DNA from: Prevotella sp.
GTDB taxonomy: Bacteria > Bacteroidota > Bacteroidia > Bacteroidales > Bacteroidaceae
Reading direction: 5' to 3'
DNA length: 64,000 bases
Assembly (NCBI GenBank): GCA_021204905.1
Contig: JAJPYN010000011.1
Location: 16,803-80,802 of the forward strand
Shown: positions 1-9,987 of the stretch, in pieces
How the letters are laid out: each line of letters starts with the position of its first letter
Position numbering within the stretch: position 1 is the first letter of the stretch
Notes under the pieces: generated by a model
What the model was told of the DNA's origin: nothing
Seen by the model: only the letters and a program-made list of their open reading frames with translations
Database searches by the model: none
Translations under genes and position numbers: made by a program

Positions 1-99
1 AATTAACGGCAAGATAACTGTCGAACTGTAAAACAAATTAAACCTAACACATTGACTTTCAACTAAATACAAATTAAACCCTTAGCAACAATCACAAAT

Positions 100-1347
100 T
101 TGAAAGCACTTTACTTGTTAGTAGCAACTGGCCTTTTCGCCGTTTCGCCCGCCACAGCGCAGCAGCACGAGATATTCGACCCCAACATCGCCTCGCTCAC
201 CGTCAAGACCGGCGACGACTGGCGCAACCTGCCCGTTACTTCGCTCGGCGGCCAGCCTGTTTACATCGATTTCGACGAGCTCTCGCACGACTTTCACCGT
301 TATACCTACAAGATTGAGCACTGCGAGGCCGATTGGTCGGTGTCGGAAGAGCTCTTCGCTTCAGACTTCGTGCAAGGTTTCGCCGACGACAACACCATCG
401 ACGATTATGCCCTTTCCGAAGACACCTACCAGCTTTACACGCATTATAAGCTTAAGATCCCGAACCGCCAATGCAGACTGACGATGAGCGGCAACTACCG
501 GCTCACTGTTTACGACGACGGCGACGAGGATGCGCCTGTGCTCTCGGCCTGTTTTATGGTGTGCGACGACGCTGCGAAAACGGCGTTGGGTTACACGACG
601 AACACCGACATCGACGTTAACGCGCACCATCAGCAGCTCACGATGCAAATCGATTACGGCAACCTGAAAATCACATCGCCCGAACGCCAGTTATATGTGG
701 TTGTTTTGCAAAACCGCCGCTACGACAATGCCGTGCGCAACCCGAAGCCGACATTCAGAACCGGCACGACATTAAAGTGGGACCATTGCCGCGACCTCAT
801 CTTCCCCGCCGGCAGCGAATATTACAAGTTCGAGACGCTCAGCCCGTCGCTCGCCACAATGGGTCTCGAGGCTGTCGGGTGGGATGCCGAGCTGTCGCAG
901 TGGCACGCATACGTCCGGCCCGATGAGCCCGCGCGCAATTATGTTTACGATGTTGATGCCGACGGCGCCTTTCTCATCCGCAATTCCGACTATAACAACA
1001 GCGACACGAAATGCGATTACATCATCACCCACCTCGAGCTTCATGCGCCGCGACAGAACGGAACGGTCTATGTTTCAGGCGATTGGACGCGCGGGCAGCT
1101 CGCGCCGGAATATGAGATGACGTGGGATGAAACCGACAATGTCTACCGCGGCGTGATGGCTCTGAAGCAAGGTTATTATTCCTACCGCTATGCCCTGCTC
1201 CGCCCCGACGGCACGCTCGGTTCGCTGTCGGCGGACAATGATTTCTTCCAAACCGAGAACTCCTACCAAGCGCTCGTTTACTACCGCGGCGACGGCGACC
1301 GCACCTACCGCCTCGTGGGCTATGCGGGCATCACCACCGGCAATTAA
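100..1347 (+). CDS. T9SS plug-like protein (DUF5103-type), secreted
   Basis: 415-aa ORF with a TTG start and a signal peptide (..AVSPATAQQ). Motifs YKIEHCEADWS and SGNYRLTVYDD match my recollection of the DUF5103/T9SS-plug family. It is convergent with, and 4 bp overlapping, the gldB-like gene. Confidence 0.6.
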   Translation: MKALYLLVATGLFAVSPATAQQHEIFDPNIASLTVKTGDDWRNLPVTSLGGQPVYIDFDELSHDFHRYTYKIEHCEADWSVSEELFASDFVQGFADDNTIDDYALSEDTYQLYTHYKLKIPNRQCRLTMSGNYRLTVYDDGDEDAPVLSACFMVCDDAAKTALGYTTNTDIDVNAHHQQLTMQIDYGNLKITSPERQLYVVVLQNRRYDNAVRNPKPTFRTGTTLKWDHCRDLIFPAGSEYYKFETLSPSLATMGLEAVGWDAELSQWHAYVRPDEPARNYVYDVDADGAFLIRNSDYNNSDTKCDYIITHLELHAPRQNGTVYVSGDWTRGQLAPEYEMTWDETDNVYRGVMALKQGYYSYRYALLRPDGTLGSLSADNDFFQTENSYQALVYYRGDGDRTYRLVGYAGITTGN

Positions 1348-2159
1348 ATCTCCGAATAATCGGTCATCTCGAGCAGCGTTTTCAGCGACATATCAGGATT
1401 TTTTCGCATAAACGCCGCGACGCGATCGACATATTCGCTCTTGAACGCCTCGCGCCCGGTGAGCTTGTTCGCCACGTACATGATGATGCCCGAATTCACG
1501 TCGCGCCAGTGCTGCGAAGTGCGTGCAAATTCGAACATGCCGTAGCGGCTGAGCAGGTAGAAAACAATGACATCCGGCACGATATAACTGCTCGTCATCG
1601 CCGCGCGCTGGCTGCTGTCGAAGAAGCGTTCGTAGGCCGGGAAATCCGCGCCGAGGTACTTGTCGAGCGAGATGCCGATAGCGTCGTTGTCCACAACAAT
1701 GCTCTGGTTCAAAGCACCGATCTGCGCGTAAAACCTCGGGATCTCCGCCTTCGGGAAAATCTTCTTCAGGTTGCGGAACGCCCCGCGCAGCTCCTTCGTC
1801 AGCCCGTCCATGTCGGCGTACTGCGATTCGGCGGCGAAGACAATCACTTGCAGCGTGCTGTCTTGAAAAAAGTCGAGCAGCGTGTCGCTGATGTTGATGT
1901 CGCTCACCGATCCCAGTTGCAGCAAATCCTCAATCAGCGCGCGCGTCTGCATTGGGTACGACGTGTTCATCTCTTGCAGCGCCGAGAAGTCGCCCGTGGT
2001 AACATAACGCGCCTCCACACGGTCGAAACGCACCACCTCAATGCTGTCGATGGCGTCCTTTTTGTCAAAATGAAAAGGAGCTAAGTCGCACGAAATCAGG
2101 CACATAAGGCAAATTAAGGCAAAGGCTGAATTGAATGCCGGGCGAAAAATATTTGTCAT
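1344..2159 (-). CDS. gldB: GldB-like lipoprotein
   Basis: 271 aa with an ATG start and a lipobox (LISCD). The VVRFDRVEA...YPMQT pattern resembles the gliding-motility lipoprotein GldB. Confidence 0.5.
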   Translation of the reverse strand: MTNIFRPAFNSAFALICLMCLISCDLAPFHFDKKDAIDSIEVVRFDRVEARYVTTGDFSALQEMNTSYPMQTRALIEDLLQLGSVSDINISDTLLDFFQDSTLQVIVFAAESQYADMDGLTKELRGAFRNLKKIFPKAEIPRFYAQIGALNQSIVVDNDAIGISLDKYLGADFPAYERFFDSSQRAAMTSSYIVPDVIVFYLLSRYGMFEFARTSQHWRDVNSGIIMYVANKLTGREAFKSEYVDRVAAFMRKNPDMSLKTLLEMTDYSEI

Positions 2160-2209
2160 TGTGAAGTAAATTGCAAGTTGGTTAAAATGTTAAGAGGTTG
2201 CAGCGAACT

Positions 2210-2296
2210 ATTGAAACGAACCAAACGCTGAACCTTGCTCGTTCTTGCGCACAACTGAGTCGGATTACAGTAGCAACTAAGACCTTCGCAAACGAA
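2210..2296 (-). repeat. Family-A intergenic repeat, degenerate copy c1
   Basis: The sequence attgaaacg...gagtcggattacagtagcaactaaga aligns with copies at 30.2, 32.5, 36.2, 37.9, 48.4 and 60.3 kb. The aaactccgctcg end is degraded. Confidence 0.6.
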
Positions 2297-3661
2297 TTAA
2301 AAGGTCAGTCGCGCAAGCCAGTCGCCGCCGCAGTCAACAAGCTCCTGCGCGCCCGAGACCATGTTTTTCAGCATCAGCTTGCCCGCCGCCATCTCGCTCT
2401 CGCCGACAATGGCAACAAACGGGATGCCCGCAGCGTTGGCGTAAGACATCTGCTTCTTGATCTTCGCAGCGTCAGGGTAAATCTCCGTCCTGATGCCCGC
2501 CGCACGGGCCTTTCGCGCCAAGGGCAAGCAGTAACGCGCCTCCGCCGCGCCGAATGGTGCAAACAGCAGCTGCGTCGCCGCCGAAGCGCTCTCGGGAAAG
2601 AGGTTGAGCCGCTCGAGAACGTCGTAGATGCGGTCGGCGCCGAACGAGATGCCCACGCCCGAGAGCCCGTCGAGCCCGAACACGCCGGTGAGGTTGTCGT
2701 AGCGCCCGCCGCCGCCGATGGAACCGATCTCAACATCGAGGGCCTTCACTTCGAAGATCGCGCCCGTGTAATAATTCAGCCCGCGCGCAAGGGTCAGGTC
2801 GAATTGCAAGGCATTGGCCAGCGGGTTTTCCGAAAGCAGCCCGAGCAACTCGCGCATCTCCGCGATGCCGGTCATGCCCGTCGGCGAGGATGCCAATAGC
2901 CGCTCGGTCTCAGCAAGGATTTCGTCATTATCGCCCGCGAGCGTAAACAAGGGTTCGAGCCTGTCGATTTGTTGCGCCGTCAAACCGTCGTCAACGAGTT
3001 CGGCGATGACATTTTCGCGACCTATCTTGTCGAGCTTGTCGACGGCAACGGTGATGTCAACAATCTTGTCCGTCGCGCCCGCCATCTCCGCGATGCCGTA
3101 AAGGATTTTGCGGTTGTTGAGTTTTATTTCAACGTTGATGCCGAGCCGGCAGTACACCTCGTCGGCCATCAGCAGCAGCTCGGCCTCGTTCATCAGCGAC
3201 GGCGACCCCACCACGTCGGCATCGCACTGCCAGAACTCGCGGTAACGCCCTTTCTGCGGCCGGTCGGCGCGCCACACAGGTTGGATCTGGAAGCGTTTGA
3301 AAGGCATCTGCAGCTCGTCGCGGTGCTGCACGACATAGCGCGCGAAGGGTACGGTGAGGTCGTAGCGCAGGCCTTTCCCGCAGATCTTCGCGGCGAGTGC
3401 GGCGGGCGTGGCGACACTTATTTCGCCGGGCAGAAGACCTTTCGTGAAGTCGCCCGAATCGAGTATTTTGTAAAGCAGTTTATCGCCTTCGTCGCCGTAT
3501 TTGCCGGTGAGCGTGGCGAGGTTTTCCATCGCGGGCGTCTCGATCTGCCGGAAGCCGTAGAGTGCGAAGACGCTGCGGATGGTGTCGAAAATATAGTTGC
3601 GGCGGGCGGTCTCGGCGGGCCCGAAATCGCGCGTGCCTTTGGGTATCGAGGGCTTGTTCAT
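2297..3661 (-). CDS. hisS: histidine--tRNA ligase
   Basis: 454 aa. The N-terminal [21 protein letters not shown] motif and the class II aaRS layout are present. Confidence 0.95.
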   Translation of the reverse strand: MNKPSIPKGTRDFGPAETARRNYIFDTIRSVFALYGFRQIETPAMENLATLTGKYGDEGDKLLYKILDSGDFTKGLLPGEISVATPAALAAKICGKGLRYDLTVPFARYVVQHRDELQMPFKRFQIQPVWRADRPQKGRYREFWQCDADVVGSPSLMNEAELLLMADEVYCRLGINVEIKLNNRKILYGIAEMAGATDKIVDITVAVDKLDKIGRENVIAELVDDGLTAQQIDRLEPLFTLAGDNDEILAETERLLASSPTGMTGIAEMRELLGLLSENPLANALQFDLTLARGLNYYTGAIFEVKALDVEIGSIGGGGRYDNLTGVFGLDGLSGVGISFGADRIYDVLERLNLFPESASAATQLLFAPFGAAEARYCLPLARKARAAGIRTEIYPDAAKIKKQMSYANAAGIPFVAIVGESEMAAGKLMLKNMVSGAQELVDCGGDWLARLTF

Positions 3662-3685
3662 TTTTTTGAAAAAATTGCGCTTAGG

Positions 3686-4963
3686 CTAATTGCGAATGAT
3701 GGTTTGCGTGCGGTCGGGCCCGACGGAGATGATGGTTATCGGTGCGGCGAGCTGCTCTTCGAGGAACGCCAGATAGCGGCGGAAGGCGTCGGGCAGGTCG
3801 GCCTCGGTGGTGCATGCCGACAGGTCGCATTGCCAGCCGGGCAGCGTCTCGTAAACGGGTTCGATGTCTTTTTCGATGTCGAAGGGGAAGTCGCGCGTGG
3901 TCTTGCCCGCCACCTTGTACGCCACGCACGCCTTGACGACGGGGAAGGTGTCGAGCACGTCGCTCTTGGTGATGATGAGTTGCGTAACGCCGTTGATCAT
4001 CACCGCGTACCTGAGCGCGACAAGGTCGATCCATCCGCAGCGGCGCTCGCGGCCTGTTACGGCACCGTATTCGCGGCCGATGTCCCTTATTTTCGCGCCG
4101 GTTGCGTCGAAAAGTTCGGTGGGGAACGGCCCCGCTCCGACGCGCGTGCAATAGGCTTTAATCAGGCCGAAGACCTCGCCTATCTTGTTCGGCGCGATGC
4201 CCAGTCCGGCGCATGCTCCGGCGCAGATGGTGTTGCTCGATGTTACGAACGGGTACGAACCGAAATCGACATCGAGCATTGTGCCTTGCGCACCTTCGCA
4301 AAGGATGGTTTTGTCGCTGCTAAGTAATTGATTTACAACGTGTTCCGAGTCGACAAGCGTGAATTTTTTAAGGTAGTCGATGCCTTCCATCCAGTGCTTC
4401 TCTTCGGCGGAGATGTCGGGCACGGCGCAACCTAAGGCCTGCAAAATGGCGATATGGCGGCGGCGGCGGGCTTCGTATTTCTTGTCGAAATTGTCGAGGA
4501 TATCTCCCGCGCGAAGGCCGTCGCGACTGGTTTTGTCGGTGTATGCCGGGCCGATGCCTTTGCCCGTCGTGCCCACTTTCCCCTCGCCTTTGAGCCGTTC
4601 GTAAGCGGCGTCGAGCAAGCGGTGGGTGGGCATTATCAGATGGGCTTTTTTCGAGATGAGCAACCGCGCCGTGATGTCCGTTCCGCCGCGTTCGAGCTCG
4701 CGCGCTTCGTCCATAAACATGTCCGGGGCGAGCACCACGCCGTTGCCGATGATGTTCGTTTTACCTTCGTGAAAGATGCCCGACGGGATGCTCCGCAAAA
4801 CGAACTTTGCCCCTTCGAATTCGAGGGTGTGCCCGGCGTTCGGTCCGCCTTGAAAGCGCGCCACAACATCGTACCGCGGCGTGAGCACGTCCACCGCCTT
4901 GCCTTTGCCCTCGTCGCCCCATTGCAGGCCGAGCAGCACGTCAACTTTCCCTATTGCCATCAT
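3686..4963 (-). CDS. purA: adenylosuccinate synthase
   Basis: QWGDEGKGK P-loop and GPNAGHT motifs are present. The start is trimmed to MMAIGKVDV because a TAccTTTG box (4987-4994) lies inside the longer ORF. Confidence 0.93.
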   Translation of the reverse strand: MMAIGKVDVLLGLQWGDEGKGKAVDVLTPRYDVVARFQGGPNAGHTLEFEGAKFVLRSIPSGIFHEGKTNIIGNGVVLAPDMFMDEARELERGGTDITARLLISKKAHLIMPTHRLLDAAYERLKGEGKVGTTGKGIGPAYTDKTSRDGLRAGDILDNFDKKYEARRRRHIAILQALGCAVPDISAEEKHWMEGIDYLKKFTLVDSEHVVNQLLSSDKTILCEGAQGTMLDVDFGSYPFVTSSNTICAGACAGLGIAPNKIGEVFGLIKAYCTRVGAGPFPTELFDATGAKIRDIGREYGAVTGRERRCGWIDLVALRYAVMINGVTQLIITKSDVLDTFPVVKACVAYKVAGKTTRDFPFDIEKDIEPVYETLPGWQCDLSACTTEADLPDAFRRYLAFLEEQLAAPITIISVGPDRTQTIIRN

Positions 4964-4986
4964 TGTCGTTGGTTTGAGTTTGTTCA

Positions 4987-4994
4987 CAAAGGTA
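4987..4994 (-). promoter_or_regulatory. Bacteroidota -7 box (TACCTTTG) for purA
   Basis: The reverse complement of caaaggta is TACCTTTG, 24 nt upstream of the ATG at 4963. Confidence 0.5.
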
Positions 4995-5059
4995 GCGCAA
5001 ACGCGATGAATTGTCAACAATTTTCGCCGATTTATGCCGATTTTTCCGAACGCGGACGC

Positions 5060-6817
5060 TTATTTGCGCTGCAGAATGGCGAGGATGTCGGCTGCAATTT
5101 GTTCGTCGAGCAGGCGGTTGGCGGCAAGCAGTTCGTTCGCGTTGAACCGGTCGTAAAGGCCTTTCGCGATGCCCTTGCAAAGGACGCGCATGCTTGTTGC
5201 TGCGAAATGGCGCGCGATGCGTTCGCCGAACCCGCCGTCGATGAAACCGTCTTCGAGCGTTACGACAAGCTCGTGGTCAGCGGTGAGGCTGTTAAGCAGA
5301 TCCTCGTCAACGCCTGTTATAAAACGCGGATTGACGAGCGTGGCGTCGATTTTTTCCTTAGCCAACAATGCCGCGACGCTCTCGCCTTTCTGATAAAAAT
5401 TGCCGAGGGCGATGATGGCGACTCTGCTGCCGCGATGCATCGTTTTGTAAGTGTTCAGGCGGCTGAAATCGCTGTCGCAAGGCTTGTCGGCATGCACTAC
5501 GGCGACCGGCATGCGGATGGCGACGGGCTGCGCGTTTTGGTCGAGCGCCCAGTTCTCCATCGCGATGAACTCCTCCCACGTTGCCGGCGCGAGGTAGACA
5601 AGGCCGGGGATGTGGCTGAGCATCGGGATGTCGGCCAGGCACGCGTGCGTTACATCGTTCATGCCGAACGCGGAGCAGCCCGCCACGTTGATCACCGCCG
5701 CGTTGCCGTTGATGCAGATGTCCTGCGCGATCTGGTCGTAAGCGCGCTGGATGAACGTGCCGAAGACGCTCCACACGGGCCGCATGCCGCCTTTCGCCAG
5801 TCCGGAGCTGACGGCCGCGGCGCATTCCTCGGCGATGCCCACATCGATGTATTGGCTGCCCAAAGCCTGCCGCATCTCGTGGTTCAGACCCATTGCGCCG
5901 GGTATGCCCGCGATGACGACGACGGTTTTCGGGTCGCTTGCCGCGCGGTTTACAAGGTATTTTCCGAGCAGATCGGAGAAATTCTCGCCGCCTGCGGAAA
6001 GCGGCCTGCCCGTGTCGAGGCTGAACGGCGCGCAGTAATGAAACTCCTCCTTGCGGCTTGCTGCGGGCGCATAGCCGTGGCCCTTTTCAGTGCAGACATG
6101 CACCACCGCGGGGCAATTGACAACTTTAACTTTTTCGAAAGCCTCGACGAGTGCGCCGATGTTATTGCCGTCGGGTACGAAGTAATAATCGTAGCCCATC
6201 GCCTTGAAGAAGTTGCATTCGGCCTTGCCGGAGGTCTCGCGCAGGAGCTTTAAATTGGCGTACAGGCCGCCGTGGTTTTCAGCGATGGATATGTCGTTGT
6301 CGTTCACAATTATAATTATTTTCGAACCCGCTTCCGCCGCGACGTCAAAGCCCTCGAACGCCTCGCCGCCGCTGAGCGAGCCGTCGCCGATGAGCGCGAT
6401 GATGTTCTCTTTGCCGCCGCGCATGTCGCGCGCTTTCTGCAGGCCTGCGGCGAGGGCGACGGACGTTGACGTGTGGCCTACTTGGAAGGTGTCGAATTCG
6501 GGCGCTTCGAGGGGCGAAGCATACCCTGACACTTCGCCGAAACGCGCCTCGTCGGTGAAGCCGTGCGCGCGGCCGGTGAGCATCTTGTAGGGGTAGATTT
6601 GGTGTGAGACATCGAACACGATTTTGTCTGCGGGGAAGTCGAACACGCGCGCGAGGGCAACGGTGAGTTCGACAACGCCGAGGTTCGGTCCGACATGCCC
6701 GCCGCCTTTGCTGACACGGTTCAGTACGCCTTGCCGCAGTTCGCCGGCGAGGGTTTCGAGTTGGTCGCCGGAGAGTGTCTTCACGTCGGCGGGACAGTTA
6801 ATTTTCTCTATAATCAT
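5060..6817 (-). CDS. 1-deoxy-D-xylulose-5-phosphate synthase-like TPP enzyme (short, divergent paralogue)
   Basis: 585 aa with GGHVGPNLGVVELTVAL, FDVSHQIYPYKMLTGR, GHTSTS and GDGSLSGGEAFEG motifs. The canonical WDVGHQ and GDGAxTxG motifs are altered. Confidence 0.7.
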   Translation of the reverse strand: MIIEKINCPADVKTLSGDQLETLAGELRQGVLNRVSKGGGHVGPNLGVVELTVALARVFDFPADKIVFDVSHQIYPYKMLTGRAHGFTDEARFGEVSGYASPLEAPEFDTFQVGHTSTSVALAAGLQKARDMRGGKENIIALIGDGSLSGGEAFEGFDVAAEAGSKIIIIVNDNDISIAENHGGLYANLKLLRETSGKAECNFFKAMGYDYYFVPDGNNIGALVEAFEKVKVVNCPAVVHVCTEKGHGYAPAASRKEEFHYCAPFSLDTGRPLSAGGENFSDLLGKYLVNRAASDPKTVVVIAGIPGAMGLNHEMRQALGSQYIDVGIAEECAAAVSSGLAKGGMRPVWSVFGTFIQRAYDQIAQDICINGNAAVINVAGCSAFGMNDVTHACLADIPMLSHIPGLVYLAPATWEEFIAMENWALDQNAQPVAIRMPVAVVHADKPCDSDFSRLNTYKTMHRGSRVAIIALGNFYQKGESVAALLAKEKIDATLVNPRFITGVDEDLLNSLTADHELVVTLEDGFIDGGFGERIARHFAATSMRVLCKGIAKGLYDRFNANELLAANRLLDEQIAADILAILQRK

Positions 6818-6880
6818 TTGATTTTCAAGGTTTTATGTTATGCTTTCCGTACTGTTTACTTTGCGCGGCGCATTAATGTT

Positions 6881-6925
6881 AATAAACAACAAACTCCCCG
6901 CGTCGTGAATGGTGGAAGCGGGGAG
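6881..6925 (-). terminator. rho-independent terminator of rplU-rpmA
   Basis: On the minus strand, an 8-bp stem CTCCCCGC..GCGGGGAG is followed by TTTGTTGTTTATT. Confidence 0.65.
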
Positions 6926-6961
6926 CGATGTCAGAAATGATGTTGCGTGCTGCGCCTGTGA

Positions 6962-7225
6962 TTACTGCTCTTGAACGGGGATCACCGACACTACGCTCTT
7001 GCCCATCTTGCCTTTGTGGAACGACACTTCGCCGTCGATGAGCGCGTAGAGGCTGTCGTCTTTGCCCTGCCCCACGCCGCTGCCCGCGAAATGCTTGTTG
7101 CCGCGCTGGCGCACGATGATGTTTCCGGCGGTGATCTTCTGTCCGCCGAAGATTTTCACTCCGAGCCGCTGTGAAGCTGATTCGCGGCCGTTTTTCGAGC
7201 TGCCTACACCTTTTTTATGTGCCAT
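6962..7225 (-). CDS. rpmA: 50S ribosomal protein L27
   Basis: The 87-aa product begins [16 protein letters not shown]. Confidence 0.97.
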   Translation of the reverse strand: MAHKKGVGSSKNGRESASQRLGVKIFGGQKITAGNIIVRQRGNKHFAGSGVGQGKDDSLYALIDGEVSFHKGKMGKSVVSVIPVQEQ

Positions 7226-7228
7226 AAA

Positions 7229-7564
7229 TTAGTCCTCCTTGCCTTTGCCTATTACAATTTCCTTCACCTGAATCTGCGAGAACTGCTCGCGGTGGCCGTT
7301 CTTCTTGGCGTACCCCTTGCGGCGTTTCTTTTTGAAGACGATCACCTTGTCGCTTTTCACGAGCGGATTCAGCACTTCAACCAACACTTTCGTACCCTCC
7401 ACTGTCGGCGTGCCTACTTGCACCTTGCCGTCGTTGTCGATGAGGAGCACCCTGTCGAATTCACACGTCTGGCCGGCTTCGGCGTCTTCCATGTGGTGGA
7501 CGAACAGTTTGTCGCCCTCCTGCACCTTGAATTGCTGGCCTTTCATTTCAACTATTGCGTACAT
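7229..7564 (-). CDS. rplU: 50S ribosomal protein L21
   Basis: The 111-aa product begins [14 protein letters not shown]. It lies directly upstream of rpmA. Confidence 0.96.
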   Translation of the reverse strand: MYAIVEMKGQQFKVQEGDKLFVHHMEDAEAGQTCEFDRVLLIDNDGKVQVGTPTVEGTKVLVEVLNPLVKSDKVIVFKKKRRKGYAKKNGHREQFSQIQVKEIVIGKGKED

Positions 7565-7648
7565 TTTTCTGAAAATATAGCGTTACGTCCGACGGGCGAA
7601 CGGCCCAACGCCGCTGCTTACCCGAGCCCTGTCGGCACAAAGCGGTCG

Positions 7649-7656
7649 CAAAGGTA
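7649..7656 (-). promoter_or_regulatory. -7 box (TACCTTTG) for rplU-rpmA
   Basis: The reverse complement of caaaggta is TACCTTTG. It leaves a ~78-nt GC-rich leader able to form the stem CCGACAGGGC..GCCCGTCGG. Confidence 0.5.
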
Positions 7657-7776
7657 ATGCTAATCGGCGGAATATCAAAATTTATTTGAACAATTTTATA
7701 AACAAAGGGCACGGCTTAACTTGCGCGGCGGCCCTCATTTTTGCGCGTTATATTTTCATTTTCGCTCGGGAAGCGT

Positions 7777-7784
7777 TAAATTTG
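7777..7784 (+). promoter_or_regulatory. -7 box (TAAATTTG) for rlmN
   Basis: The motif lies 13 nt upstream of the ATG at 7797, inside the over-long ORF that starts at 7686. Confidence 0.4.
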
Positions 7785-7796
7785 CGGCCGCAACGA

Positions 7797-8852
7797 ATGG
7801 TTAAGAGGATGGACTGTACGGGCGGTAAACGTGTGCTGTTGGGCATGTCGCAGGCGGAGATGAGCGCCGCGGCCGTATCGCTCGGACTGCCTGCCTACAC
7901 GGGGTCGCAGATTGCCAAGTGGATCTACCGGCGGGGCGCGCGCACCATTGCGGAGATGACCGACCTTTCGAAAGAGGGGCGGCAGCGGTTGGGCGAGCGC
8001 TTTTGCACGGGGTTAGTTGCTCCTTTGGACGAGCGGCATTCGGCTGACGGCACGGTGAAATACCTCTTCCCCACGGCGGACGGCAAAGCGGTGGAAAGCG
8101 TTTTCATCCCCGACGGCGAGCGCGCCACATTATGCGTTTCGAGCCAAGCGGGGTGCAAGATGAACTGCCTTTTTTGCCACACGGGAAAGCAAGGTTTTCA
8201 CGGCAATCTCACCGCGGGCGACATCCTCAACCAAGTGTACTCGCTGCCAGAGGCGGCACGGCTGACGAACATCGTGTTTATGGGTCAGGGCGAACCGGCC
8301 GACAACCTCGCCGCCGTGCTTAAAGCTGCCGAACTACTGCAAGCGCCTTACGGCATGGCATGGAGCCCGAAGCGCATCACGATTAGCACCGCCGGCATAA
8401 AAGGCAAACTGACGCAGCTCGTTGAAGAAAGCAACTGCCATCTCGCCGTAAGCCTGCACGCCGCACGCGCCGATGTGCGCGCCCGTTTGATGCCCGTCGA
8501 GAAAGGTATGCCCGCAAAGGAGATCATCGCGTTGCTGCGGCGTTACGACTGGCATCATCAGCGGCGCCTGACGTTCGAATATATCCTCTTCGACGGCGTG
8601 AACGATACCGATGCCGACGCCCGCGCGCTCGCCCTGTTGCTGCGGGGCTTGCCGTGCAGAGTGAACATCATCCGCTACCACGAAGCGCCGGGCATCGATC
8701 TAAGGCCGTCGAGCGAGATGAAAATACAGCGGTTCGCGGCGCAGCTTAATGCGAGAGGTCTCACCGCCACCATTCGGGCTTCGCGCGGAGCAGACATCGC
8801 CGCCGCCTGCGGACAGCTTACGGCCACTGAACAAACCGGGACAAAAGATTAA
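7797..8852 (+). CDS. rlmN: 23S rRNA (adenine2503-C2)-methyltransferase, radical SAM
   Basis: A GCKMNCLFCHTG radical-SAM cluster is present and overall RlmN likeness is good. The start is ATG 7797, or possibly 7809. Confidence 0.9.
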   Translation: MVKRMDCTGGKRVLLGMSQAEMSAAAVSLGLPAYTGSQIAKWIYRRGARTIAEMTDLSKEGRQRLGERFCTGLVAPLDERHSADGTVKYLFPTADGKAVESVFIPDGERATLCVSSQAGCKMNCLFCHTGKQGFHGNLTAGDILNQVYSLPEAARLTNIVFMGQGEPADNLAAVLKAAELLQAPYGMAWSPKRITISTAGIKGKLTQLVEESNCHLAVSLHAARADVRARLMPVEKGMPAKEIIALLRRYDWHHQRRLTFEYILFDGVNDTDADARALALLLRGLPCRVNIIRYHEAPGIDLRPSSEMKIQRFAAQLNARGLTATIRASRGADIAAACGQLTATEQTGTKD

Positions 8853-8859
8853 GGAAACA

Positions 8860-9987
8860 ATGATAATTGACAACAGAAAAGTGCGCGTGGCAATCACGCA
8901 AGGCGATGCTAACGGCACGGGCTTCGAGATGATTTTCAAGACGTTTGCCGAACCCGATATGCTCGAGCTCTGCACACCCGTTGTTTACGGTTCGCCGAAG
9001 ATAGCGAGCTACCACAGCAAAGCGCTTGCCGCACACGCCGACGAAGGGGCGGACAGCGAGCAGACACACTATCAATACAGCATCATCACCAAGGCCGAGG
9101 ATGCGCGCGACGACCGCCTCAACCTGCTCGTGTGCTTCGACGACGAACTGAAAGTGGAGTTCGGCAAACGCACGCCAAGCTCCGCCCTGCCCGCCGCAAA
9201 AGCCGTAGCCGCCGCCATCGACGATTGCAAGAAAGGTCTCGTGGATGTGCTCGTGTGCGGACCTGTCGACAGAAGGACCATCGATTTCGCCGGCGAGAGG
9301 ACCAACCTCGGCGACCTTCCGGCATTCATCAGCGACAAAGACGGCCTGCAACCGCTGCTTTTCCAAAACGCGAACATGCGCATCGCCGTCGCTGCAAAAG
9401 CTAATTTAACCTGCATCAAACAGGCTGTCAACGAAGAGAATATCTCCGCGAAACTTGCCGCCGTTCACGCCGCCCTTGTCCGCGATTTCCGCATCGACAA
9501 CCCGCGCATCGCCCTGCTCGGCCTCGACCTTAACGACGAGAGTGAGGAGAATGCGATGCTCGCCGATGTCGTTAACAAGCTGTATTCCAACGACATACAG
9601 GTGTTCGGGCCGTACCGCAGCGACCGCTTTTTCGCCGACCGCAATTTCGAAGCGTTTGATGCTGTTTTGGCGATGTACCCCGAACAGGCTTTACTGCCGA
9701 TGGCGATACTCTCCGACGAGCCGTATGTGGCAGTAAACACAGGCCTTCCCTTCGTTTGCACCGCCCCGTGCTGCGACGCGCAGATGTCGATTGCCGGACG
9801 CGGGAAAGCCGATTGCGCACCGTTGCGCGCAGCCATTTACGCCGCGATGGACATCCTTGCCGCACGACGCGATTACGACAGCGCGCGCGCTAACCCGCTG
9901 CAAAAACTCTATAAGGAGCGCTCCGACCGCGGCGAGAAACCGTTCTTCGTGCCGCCGAAAAAAACTGATGGCGATGGACAACAATAA
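8860..9987 (+). CDS. pdxA: 4-hydroxythreonine-4-phosphate dehydrogenase
   Basis: The protein begins MIIDNRKVRVAITQGDANGTGFEMI and is about 375 aa. It resembles Bacteroidota-type PdxA. Confidence 0.8.
   Translation: MIIDNRKVRVAITQGDANGTGFEMIFKTFAEPDMLELCTPVVYGSPKIASYHSKALAAHADEGADSEQTHYQYSIITKAEDARDDRLNLLVCFDDELKVEFGKRTPSSALPAAKAVAAAIDDCKKGLVDVLVCGPVDRRTIDFAGERTNLGDLPAFISDKDGLQPLLFQNANMRIAVAAKANLTCIKQAVNEENISAKLAAVHAALVRDFRIDNPRIALLGLDLNDESEENAMLADVVNKLYSNDIQVFGPYRSDRFFADRNFEAFDAVLAMYPEQALLPMAILSDEPYVAVNTGLPFVCTAPCCDAQMSIAGRGKADCAPLRAAIYAAMDILAARRDYDSARANPLQKLYKERSDRGEKPFFVPPKKTDGDGQQ

Noticed and set aside
4454-6253. Very long ORFs antisense to real genes. Examples are 4454-6253 (599 aa), 2969-4327, 9890-11335, 11378-12496, 36372-37751, 38426-40378 (650 aa), 46359-47903, 52014-53267, 53529-54839 and 58547-59506.
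   Set aside because: These are shadow ORFs, which are typical of high-GC DNA. Their products are Arg/Ala/Gly/His-rich low-complexity strings with no recognisable motifs. Each lies opposite a gene with strong family signatures.
7565-7648. The GC-rich rplU leader as a known ribosomal-protein leader or riboswitch
   Set aside because: Only a simple stem is visible. I cannot match it to any named leader motif from memory, so I leave it as a note on the promoter feature.
7686-7796. N-terminal extensions suggested by the ORF track. Affected genes are rlmN (7686), pdxA (8749), the sigma54 ATPase (9791), purA (5020), exbB (23384), exbD (22394), nrnA (27204), metY (31733), malY (28942), the GH2 gene (32735), the CotH gene (55517), hicB (55476) and lrp (20358).
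   Set aside because: The extensions use non-ATG starts, overlap upstream genes, promoters or terminators, or encode non-homologous low-complexity sequence. Internal ATGs give N-termini typical of each family.
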